Assembly: GCA_021788365.1 (NCBI GenBank)
Contig: JAJYKS010000002.1
Span: forward strand, 96,521 to 160,520
Direction: 5' to 3'
Length of the DNA: 64,000 nucleotides
From: a bacterium
GTDB lineage: Bacteria; Patescibacteriota; Microgenomatia; UBA1400; UBA12108
The notes beneath the pieces were generated by a model. The model was not told the origin of the DNA and did not search any database. It saw nothing but the letters and a program-made list of their open reading frames with translations. The position numbers and the translations under genes are program-made. Positions 57,221-64,000 of this stretch are shown here, piece by piece. Numbering within the stretch: the stretch's first letter is position 1; every line of letters starts with the position of its first letter.

Positions 57221-57829
57221 ATGAATCCAAAACTGTTCCTTACTCTCTGGTCATTTCGCAAGGAACTGAAATTTGTATTCCTAGCATTTCTTGCGATCCT
57301 CATGTTTCCAGTCATCGGAGTAATCCTTCTTACTCAGGTTGGTATTAACATCATCTCTGATAAGCTGGTTGAAAGTAATCCGGTTACTCAATCAATTGAA
57401 ATCAAGGACCCGACATCCGGGAATGTGGTTAAATCAATCACTCCACAGGTTGTTTGGCCTGTACACGGGGTTATAACGCTAGAATTCGGACAGTCGAGTG
57501 GGTATCAGGTGTTCCATACAGGTATTGATATAGCCAATCCCAATGGACAGATCGGAGATCCAATTAACCCAGCCATGAACGGTGTCGTTACGTACGCCGG
57601 AGAAATATTCTGGGGGTATGGCAAACATATTATTATTGATAATGGGAACAATATTACAACCGTCTACGCGCATCTCGATAAGATTTATGTCTACCCAGGT
57701 CAGAAAGTTACTATCACAGATATGATTGGAAGAGAAGGACAAACCGGTTGGGCTACAGGACCTCATCTACACTTTGAAACAAGAATATATGGGATACCAG
57801 TCAATCCGAGAGTATTTTTAGGCCAGTAA
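57221..57829 (+). CDS. M23/LytM-family peptidoglycan endopeptidase (T4SS cell-wall hydrolase)
   Basis: 202 aa with an N-terminal TM segment and the motifs HTGIDIA, GYGKHIIIDNGNNITTVYAHL and GPHLHFE. Confidence 0.85.
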   Translation: MNPKLFLTLWSFRKELKFVFLAFLAILMFPVIGVILLTQVGINIISDKLVESNPVTQSIEIKDPTSGNVVKSITPQVVWPVHGVITLEFGQSSGYQVFHTGIDIANPNGQIGDPINPAMNGVVTYAGEIFWGYGKHIIIDNGNNITTVYAHLDKIYVYPGQKVTITDMIGREGQTGWATGPHLHFETRIYGIPVNPRVFLGQ

Positions 57830-57862
57830 GTAACATTCATTACTGTAGCTTGATATAATTAT

Positions 57863-58759
57863 ATGTATCTGAATAATATGGCAACAACGATCAATCAAGC
57901 ATTTACACAATTTAAATCTAATCTAAATATTACTGGATTACAGGCGCAAACAGTTTCAACGCGTCAACAAAACGTGCGAAAGGTTGTCGAGGAAGGATTA
58001 ACCGTGTTGGATTCGTTCCTTACAGGATCTTACTCTAGAGGCACAATGATTTGTCCACTTTCTGAAGCTGATATAGATATTTTCATGGTACTCGATAATT
58101 CATATTACTATCATTACCATGGTAAAAATGGTGGTCAGGCAGGTTTATTGGACTTTGTGAAACGGACTTTACGAAAAACGTATACAAAAACACCGGACAT
58201 AAGCAGGAACGGCCAAGCAGTTACAATTAGATTTGATGATTTTATGGTTGATGTAATCCCAGCATTTAATCGGCAAGGTGGAGGGTATTTGATTCCGAAT
58301 TCTATAACTCAATCTTGGCTCTCAACAAATCCAAAAAAGCATGTTGAGTTAATCAGCGCATCAAATTCAGCTCACAATGGAGATTTCGTTCCACTTGTTA
58401 AAATGATCAAATGCTGGAACCGCAATATACAGTCTCACTTTCATTCTTTTCATCTTGAAGTACTTGCCCTCTCAATTTTTTCGAATATAGAAATATCGGA
58501 CTTACCGTCTGGGGTGCGATACTTTTTTGACAAAGCAAGAGTATTGGTTACAAAGCAAAATTCCGATCCGGCTGGGTATGACGGAGACGTAGGTAGCTAT
58601 ATAAATAACCAAGATAAGATCGATGAAGCCGTTTCAAGACTCCAGACAGCATATGATCGAGCAGTCAAAGCTGAATACTGCTCAACTCTAGGACAAACAA
58701 GCAATGCCATAGACGAATGGAGAAAAATATTTGGCAATTACTTCCCTACATATGGCTAA
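57863..58759 (+). CDS. SMODS-type (CD-NTase-like) nucleotidyltransferase
   Basis: 298 aa with a Pol-beta NTase core GSYSRGTMICPLSEADIDIFMVLD (GS-x9-S/DxD) and a helical C-terminal half. A 2TM SLATT-like gene follows. Family assignment is by motif and context. Confidence 0.5.
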   Translation: MYLNNMATTINQAFTQFKSNLNITGLQAQTVSTRQQNVRKVVEEGLTVLDSFLTGSYSRGTMICPLSEADIDIFMVLDNSYYYHYHGKNGGQAGLLDFVKRTLRKTYTKTPDISRNGQAVTIRFDDFMVDVIPAFNRQGGGYLIPNSITQSWLSTNPKKHVELISASNSAHNGDFVPLVKMIKCWNRNIQSHFHSFHLEVLALSIFSNIEISDLPSGVRYFFDKARVLVTKQNSDPAGYDGDVGSYINNQDKIDEAVSRLQTAYDRAVKAEYCSTLGQTSNAIDEWRKIFGNYFPTYG

Positions 58760-59321
58760 TACTACGAGAACAACCAAAACTACCGCTAGTGAAAAACCTA
58801 TTTCTCAGGCGAAGGACGAAATTATTAAGGAGGCAAAAAGAATTGAAGAAGCCTGCCTTTTTTCAGCAAAGCGTCATTTTATTTCTGCTAATTTCTGGGG
58901 AGGTCTGAATTACTGGTTAGGTATACCAGCTGTCCTTTTATCTGGTGTTGTCGGAGTATCAGTATTCTCCGACTTTGATAAAACTCATACAATTTCAAAA
59001 TTGTCCTCAATTTTTGTAGCAGGCCTAACAAGCTTAATGACTTTTCTCAATCCCAATCAAAAATCATCGACACACCAAGACTCTGGTAATAGCTACGATG
59101 CTTTACTAAATAAGGTCAGAATATTTTGGTCAATAGACTGTTGGGAAGAGAAGTCGACAGAAGTGCTAACTGGAAGATTAAAGGGTATTTCGGAAGAAAA
59201 GGACAGATTAAATAAAACCAGTCCACAAACTATTGGAATATCGTACTTTCTTGCAAAACGATCAATCGAACGAGGAGAGGCAAGCTATACTGTCGATAAC
59301 CAAGACCTACCAGCCAATTAG
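58731..59321 (+). CDS. SLATT-like two-TM effector protein partnered with the SMODS NTase
   Basis: 196 aa. An N-terminal helix (ACLFSAKRHFISANFWGG) is followed by two closely spaced TM helices (LGIPAVLLSGVVGVSVF and LSSIFVAGLTSLMTFL) and a ~90-aa soluble tail. It overlaps the NTase by 29 nt. Confidence 0.45.
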   Translation: MAITSLHMANTTRTTKTTASEKPISQAKDEIIKEAKRIEEACLFSAKRHFISANFWGGLNYWLGIPAVLLSGVVGVSVFSDFDKTHTISKLSSIFVAGLTSLMTFLNPNQKSSTHQDSGNSYDALLNKVRIFWSIDCWEEKSTEVLTGRLKGISEEKDRLNKTSPQTIGISYFLAKRSIERGEASYTVDNQDLPAN

Positions 59322-59548
59322 TTTGGTAAATCTTCTTCAGACTTCAAATCTCGAGCTTTCATGCTCATAAACGTATCAGAGGTTTTAAGAAGTTCGGCAA
59401 ACTCAATAGCATTTTCATTATGGTCAGGATCAAGAACATCGAGTATTTTCTGCACATCATCCATAACGTTGATATTCATATTATGATCATGCGCATATTG
59501 AAGCGCATCTATCACGAGTTCAGACTTTTGTGAAACTGGATCTTTCAT
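59318..59548 (-). CDS. Small acidic hypothetical protein downstream of the PLD nuclease
   Basis: 76 aa, D/E-rich, no motif recognised. It lies 11 nt after the nuclease gene on the same strand. Confidence 0.3.
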   Translation of the reverse strand: MKDPVSQKSELVIDALQYAHDHNMNINVMDDVQKILDVLDPDHNENAIEFAELLKTSDTFMSMKARDLKSEEDLPN

Positions 59549-59559
59549 AATTTTCTCCT

Positions 59560-60072
59560 TTAGTATAACAAATGTTTTTTAATATCACTAACTTGATCGT
59601 ATTTCAAAAATTTAAACAAGACTTCTGCCTTTTGCTTGTTTTCGTCACGCTCCATAAACTCACGAGTATTTCGGTGAGAGAGGATATTGAGACTGCCTTT
59701 CCATACTATTGTCCTATCAATCATTGCCAACTTCCTATGGTGTGACTTACAGAGAAGTACCTGAATGCCTAATTTCTCAAAATATTGTATTCCTGCCTCA
59801 GATTGCTCGACCATGAACGAATCATGCTCTTCGGGATGTCTCGTGATGATAAATACCGCCACCCCTCGCGCAATCAACCGTTCAAAAGCAGCTTTCAGAC
59901 TACGCATCTTCGGAACCGTGATATATGGACTTTCAATAATCACTTCTTGCTTCGCTTGGTTCAAATCCTGCTCGAATTGGTAGTAAAAGCTATTTTCATC
60001 TGTTAAAATATAGCTTGCAGTCTGGGAATCAAGAGATTGCGTGTCCATTGGGGACTTAGTGAACCAGTTCAT
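59560..60072 (-). CDS. PLD/HKD-family nuclease (Nuc/BfiI-like, single HKD)
   Basis: 170 aa with an HxKx4D...GSxN motif (SHHRKLAMIDRTIVWKGSLNI). No signal peptide. Confidence 0.7.
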   Translation of the reverse strand: MNWFTKSPMDTQSLDSQTASYILTDENSFYYQFEQDLNQAKQEVIIESPYITVPKMRSLKAAFERLIARGVAVFIITRHPEEHDSFMVEQSEAGIQYFEKLGIQVLLCKSHHRKLAMIDRTIVWKGSLNILSHRNTREFMERDENKQKAEVLFKFLKYDQVSDIKKHLLY

Positions 60073-60145
60073 TGTTTTCCCTCCTTTTTAAAATGAGCGA
60101 TGGAAATGATGAGACTAGCTTTCTCTTTGGGATCGATAGAGGAGG

Positions 60146-61699
60146 TTAGGTAGGTTCTAACATCGTCCCAGATGGTGCACTAGAAAAGAGAGCATTAGTA
60201 TCAATGGTACAAATTGATTGATACAACGGGCTAATCTGGCGGTTCAAGGTGCCATTTTGGTTCCAAGCCAACCCTGACGGGAATATTGAACCAAGGAGTA
60301 CTTTGATCTGGCTAAGGCTTGATCTTTTATACGTTTCTCCTAAATCCGCAAGCAGCGTTCGTATAAAAGTAGTAACGTCTTCAATATTATATTTATCAAT
60401 CGTGGCATCGTCTTTGACGATATGTGCTTTGGTCATTCGGTCCTCAATAACAGCATTTTGCTCTTTATACACCTCGTCAGAATACACACCAGCCAGGTTT
60501 TTCTCGACCAATGTTTTCCGAAGTGCTTTTAGTGTGGCAATCTCTTGATCTGCCTCGGTTTTTATCTTTTGCAGTCTTGATAGCCGTTGGTGATATGTCC
60601 GATACAGGAATGTAATAAAAAGGTTTAGACACTCCTTTTTTGGTGTTACCTGTTTGAGTGTTTGAACAACGGAATTTTCAAGTATTTCCGATTTAGCTGC
60701 TACGCCCTTACAAACACCACAGCACCGGTAATACGCATATTTGGCATGTCTACCTTTACTCCAGCCGCCAGTCATTCCCATTCCGCAAACTCCGCATCGG
60801 ACTATCCGGCGGAGAGGAAAATCTGGGTTGGCATGATTTCTTTTGGCAAGTGCCACTTTATTTGGATTTCGACCATCTAGAATTGCTTGTACGCGATAAA
60901 ACTGCTCATCAGTAATCATGGGCACATGTTGCGCTTTTACTTCCTCAAGGTACGTCTTAGATGTTAAAATACCCATGTAAAACTTATTCCTGAATAACAC
61001 ATCAACGCGTTGAGCACGGATAATAAATTCCCGTTTTCCTCGTCGCTCTTTCATGCCCCACACGTTCATAAGGTCTGCCATTTCCTGTAAACTCTTTGTT
61101 CCCGTCGCCATGAGGTCCCAAGATTTTTTCATTAAATCCCAAGTTTTGTCATCTTTAACTGCATAGCCTGCTTGAACGGCATATCCCAGAGGAACTTGGC
61201 CCGTAACGATCATACCGGAAAGAAATCTCGCTTTAAGACCGTTTCGTGACCGTTCGCTGCGGATATCATTATCAAGTTGAGCAAATCCGGCAAGAATCGT
61301 CTCAACGAGTTTTTCAGTAGGGCTATCACCAGTCGGCTCAGTTGCAGAGAGTATAGTTACTCCGTTCTCTGTTAGCTTTTTTCGAATTGCCAAGTAGTCA
61401 GCAGTTATACGGGAAATGCGGTCCAGACGATACACAAATACCGCTTGTACCGCGTGTTTATGCTTCCGGCAATATTCAAGAAGCTGGATAAGTATCGGTC
61501 GTCCGGTGATGCTTTTGGCGGACCTGCCTTCTTCACGAAACATCTCGATTACTTGATATCCGCGTTTTTCTGCCTCTTTCCTGCAAATTTCTTCTTGGGT
61601 ACCCAGTGAAAAATTATCAACTTGTTCCTCGGTAGAAACTCGAAGATAAAGTACCGCCTTTTTCCCATCGGCATAAACGGCATTATTTAATTTCATCAT
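60146..61699 (-). CDS. Large serine recombinase, second copy
   Basis: 517 aa with an N-terminal resolvase domain (AVLYLRVSTEEQ; catalytic Ser), a recombinase domain and a Cys-rich zinc ribbon (CGVCGMGMTGG...YRCCGVCKG). Confidence 0.85.
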   Translation of the reverse strand: MMKLNNAVYADGKKAVLYLRVSTEEQVDNFSLGTQEEICRKEAEKRGYQVIEMFREEGRSAKSITGRPILIQLLEYCRKHKHAVQAVFVYRLDRISRITADYLAIRKKLTENGVTILSATEPTGDSPTEKLVETILAGFAQLDNDIRSERSRNGLKARFLSGMIVTGQVPLGYAVQAGYAVKDDKTWDLMKKSWDLMATGTKSLQEMADLMNVWGMKERRGKREFIIRAQRVDVLFRNKFYMGILTSKTYLEEVKAQHVPMITDEQFYRVQAILDGRNPNKVALAKRNHANPDFPLRRIVRCGVCGMGMTGGWSKGRHAKYAYYRCCGVCKGVAAKSEILENSVVQTLKQVTPKKECLNLFITFLYRTYHQRLSRLQKIKTEADQEIATLKALRKTLVEKNLAGVYSDEVYKEQNAVIEDRMTKAHIVKDDATIDKYNIEDVTTFIRTLLADLGETYKRSSLSQIKVLLGSIFPSGLAWNQNGTLNRQISPLYQSICTIDTNALFSSAPSGTMLEPT

Positions 61700-61998
61700 T
61701 TGCCTCCTTTCTCATGCAGTAATTCCTGCAGAGTTAAACCTTTAAATATGTGTCGCTCATATTCATCAAGCCAGGTTTCAGTTAAAAACTCTACCTCCAT
61801 GACGACGGTCTCAAGCTCTGTTGCGGACAATTCATATCCGAGAAGTCCTAGTGCGTCTTTTGCTTGCTTGAGGCGTTTCTCTTCATATTTTTGTTCGGGA
61901 AATAATTTTTCAAGGGATTGCTCCGTACTTTGTGGAATAGTAACCAACCCTAGTTCTTTTTGCTCTAATCCCATGGCAGTTTGCATACTCATATCCAA
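61696..61998 (-). CDS. Small protein upstream of, and overlapping, recombinase 2; homolog of 8660..8875
   Basis: 100 aa with a 4-nt overlap onto the recombinase start. It shares YELSATELETVVMEVEFL with YDITLTDEEATELATHFL in the module-1 small protein. Confidence 0.4.
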   Translation of the reverse strand: MDMSMQTAMGLEQKELGLVTIPQSTEQSLEKLFPEQKYEEKRLKQAKDALGLLGYELSATELETVVMEVEFLTETWLDEYERHIFKGLTLQELLHEKGGK

Positions 61999-62015
61999 TC
62001 TAGAATCTTACTAAC

Positions 62016-62072
62016 CTATCTATATATAGATAGTGTATATCGAAATATAGATAGCTGTCAAGTATCTAGATA
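62016..62072. promoter_or_regulatory. Palindrome cluster in the divergent region between recombinase module 2 and the T4CP paralog
   Basis: 18-bp perfect palindrome CTATCTATATATAGATAG (62016-62033). Direct repeat ATATAGATAG (62045-62054). Palindrome TATCTAGATA (62063-62072). Confidence 0.4.
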
Positions 62073-62168
62073 TCCCAGCATTTTTGCACAAATTCCATCT
62101 CTGGAGTATCATTCTAACAACATCAAATACGTTGAGTTGACGATGCTAACTGCCCGTAAAGGGTAGTT

Positions 62169-64000
62169 ATGTTTAAAAATAACGTTATTCTGATAATTCT
62201 TCAAAAAGAGCTTTTTAAGGTAAGCGACTATTTACATCCATATTTCATTGTTTGGCTCCATGTGCTTACTGACTATATCCCGTTTATATTTGTAGGTGTT
62301 GTCACGTTGATCGTTTTCTGGGTCGCCTATCTGGCGATCAAGTTACGTCTAATTTGGAACGAATCGGGTAAACCAGTCGCATTGTTTGAAGTTTCACCGC
62401 CCACAAACACAGAACAAAGTTCCTTTACTACCACTCAGCTATTCACCTCAGTCCACGGACTCCTGAAACAGCGTTCGTGGCTACTTAGACTCTTTGACGT
62501 GACAAAATCCTACGCGTTTGAAATTGTATCTACAAAAGACAAAGGTATTCGATATATCTTCCGTATTGCAACCGAAGACGAACAAATCATCAAAAAGACT
62601 CTGATTGCATACCTCCCAGGTATTCAAGTTAAAGAAATTGACGACTATCTCGATCCAAACATTACTCGCGGTCATGTTCTTGATTTTCGTTTAACCCATC
62701 ATTTTGCGTTTCCCCTAAAAAAACAAGAAAAACTCGAGGAATACGATCCCATCTCCTACATTACCGGGACTATGACCAAATTAGAGGCTAGTGAGCTGGT
62801 TGCGGTACAAACCGTGGTATCTCCCGTGAGTCGATCTATATCGCGAAGCGTTGGACACTTACGATCACTCTTCCTGGGAAAGAAAGACATACTCACGGAA
62901 TTAGCCTTCAGCAATCAAGCAGGATCATTCTTGATGTTTGTTATTCGTTTTTGTCTGCAACTTTTATTATTTCCTGTTGGGCTTATGATTTTCGTCTTTA
63001 CTGGTGGTCGTGAAGGCCCGATGCTACCGATTATGTCCCTTAAAGCTCAATTACCGGATAGTACGTATCGCGATATTGTAGAGACTCAAATCAAACAAAA
63101 AATTGACCAACAGCTTTTTACAGTTTCGTTGAGATTTCTGACCGTTGCCGATTCGTATACCAATAGATCAAGAATCGAGAAGGGGTTCGTTGCAGCACTG
63201 TCGCCATTCACTAATGCGGGATATCAATCGCTACGTCCAAAAAGATATATAAAAGTAAAGGCAGTAAACAACGAACTGTTGTGGCTGTATCAACATCGAA
63301 TACTCGGATTCATTGATAATTTAGTTTTATCTACGTCTGAACTATCTGACCTCTATCATTTCCCATATACCAGCACAACAAAAACAGAAAATCTCTCCAA
63401 ATTGCACAGTCGAGAACTTCCTGCTCCGTTATCGCTTAAACAAAAATCTGCGTGTGATCTCTATTTTGCCAAAAATACCTATGGCGGTACTGAAACAAGG
63501 ATTGGTTTGACGCTCGATGAACGAAGACGCCATGTGTATATTTTGGGGGCAACCGGAACCGGAAAATCTACAATGCTTCTGTCAATGATCCAGCAGGATA
63601 TCGAACACAAGAAAGGATTATGTGTTATTGACCCGCACGGTGATTTGATTGAACAGGTGCTATCAATTATTCCTAGAGAGCGGATACCGGATGTCGTGTA
63701 CTTTAACCCAGACGATATCAGCTATCCGATGGGTATTAATTTACTCGAACTGACACCTGGATTATCTTCTGAAGATGCTATCCGCGAAAAGGAGTTCATC
63801 GCTGAAAGTATTATTTCTGTCTTCCACAAAATCTACTCTGACAAGTATTCCGGCCCGAGAATGGAATATATTTTGCGAAACACAATCCACACAGCTTTTA
63901 CTGTTCCTGATGCCACACTATTTACGATCTATAAACTTTTAATAAACACCCCATTTAGAAAATCAGTTGTACGGAATCTAACAGACGAGAACCTCAAGGA
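62169..64000 (+). CDS. Second VirD4/TraG-like coupling protein (paralog of 9360..11951), 5' portion; continues past the window
   Basis: Translation from the ATG at 62169 aligns along its length with the 9360 protein. Examples: TNTEQSSFTTTQLF, FEIVSTKDKGIRY, LYHFPYTSTTKTE, and Walker A YILGATGTGKSTMLLSMIQQDIEHKKGLCVIDPHGD. It is absent from the ORF table because no stop codon occurs inside the window. Confidence 0.7.
   Translation, partial: MFKNNVILIILQKELFKVSDYLHPYFIVWLHVLTDYIPFIFVGVVTLIVFWVAYLAIKLRLIWNESGKPVALFEVSPPTNTEQSSFTTTQLFTSVHGLLKQRSWLLRLFDVTKSYAFEIVSTKDKGIRYIFRIATEDEQIIKKTLIAYLPGIQVKEIDDYLDPNITRGHVLDFRLTHHFAFPLKKQEKLEEYDPISYITGTMTKLEASELVAVQTVVSPVSRSISRSVGHLRSLFLGKKDILTELAFSNQAGSFLMFVIRFCLQLLLFPVGLMIFVFTGGREGPMLPIMSLKAQLPDSTYRDIVETQIKQKIDQQLFTVSLRFLTVADSYTNRSRIEKGFVAALSPFTNAGYQSLRPKRYIKVKAVNNELLWLYQHRILGFIDNLVLSTSELSDLYHFPYTSTTKTENLSKLHSRELPAPLSLKQKSACDLYFAKNTYGGTETRIGLTLDERRRHVYILGATGTGKSTMLLSMIQQDIEHKKGLCVIDPHGDLIEQVLSIIPRERIPDVVYFNPDDISYPMGINLLELTPGLSSEDAIREKEFIAESIISVFHKIYSDKYSGPRMEYILRNTIHTAFTVPDATLFTIYKLLINTPFRKSVVRNLTDENLK

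Larger units (their letters stand above)
7057..64000. mobile_element. Low-GC integrative/conjugative island inserted at the 3' end of tRNA-Leu; possibly two tandem elements or a composite; the right end is beyond the window
   Basis: There is an abrupt GC drop at the tRNA-Leu 3' end. A serine recombinase sits at the junction. T4CP, Replic_Relax, a VirB2/3/4/6 module and an M23 hydrolase are present. A second recombinase and second T4CP lie near 60-64 kb. Resistance and defence cargo lie between. Confidence 0.6.

Noticed and set aside
57850-57880. Sigma70-like TTGATA-N18-TAATAT upstream of the SMODS gene
   Set aside because: The -10 hexamer overlaps the second in-frame ATG and lies downstream of the first ATG of the ORF. 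This is inconsistent with being its promoter. The gene is more likely co-transcribed with the T4SS operon.
1-64000. CRISPR arrays and additional tRNA or rRNA genes
   Set aside because: No regularly spaced short direct repeats were seen. Only the two tRNAs at 6048 and 6972 show cloverleaf-compatible sequence with T-loop motifs.

Overview
The window has two parts. Host chromosome occupies 1-~7056 at roughly 50-55% GC and carries the 3' end of uvrB, uvrA, a split hypothetical gene, a short uvrC, tRNA-Arg(TCG), a cytidylate-kinase-like gene and tRNA-Leu(CAG). At the 3' end of tRNA-Leu the composition drops sharply to about 38% GC and stays low to the end of the window (>57 kb). That low-GC block reads as an integrative, conjugative-type island. 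A large serine recombinase sits at the tRNA junction, followed by an XRE regulator, a VirD4/TraG-like coupling protein and a candidate oriT with a replication-relaxation family gene. Next comes a very large metal(loid) and fluoride resistance cargo. It includes an ars operon (arsR-arsD-arsA, two YlbF-like genes, arsM), five P1B-type heavy-metal ATPases, CopZ, CsoR-, ArsR- and BlaI/BlaR1-type regulators, a two-component system, Dsb-like thiol-disulfide proteins, and a fluoride-riboswitch-controlled crcB-DUF190-ppa-MFS-eno operon. After the cargo come a monoderm-type T4SS module (VirB2-like pilin, VirB6-like, VirB3-like, a split VirB4, an M23 hydrolase), a SMODS nucleotidyltransferase plus SLATT 2TM pair (a minimal CBASS-like defence candidate), a PLD/HKD nuclease, and a second serine recombinase. 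A second coupling-protein paralog runs off the window, which suggests tandem or composite elements. Other unexplained structure includes a ~140-nt hairpin-rich element present in about 2.5 copies with a compensatory base-pair change, an arsM pseudogene copy, palindrome clusters in the divergent control regions of both recombinase modules, and several unusual domain architectures. The metal ATPases show non-canonical CSC and CPD motifs where CPC is expected. There is an HMA-DsbD_2-2x cupredoxin-like fusion and a CopA with a 200-aa C-terminal extension. All calls rest on reading the sequence and recalling protein-family motifs; no database searches were run.
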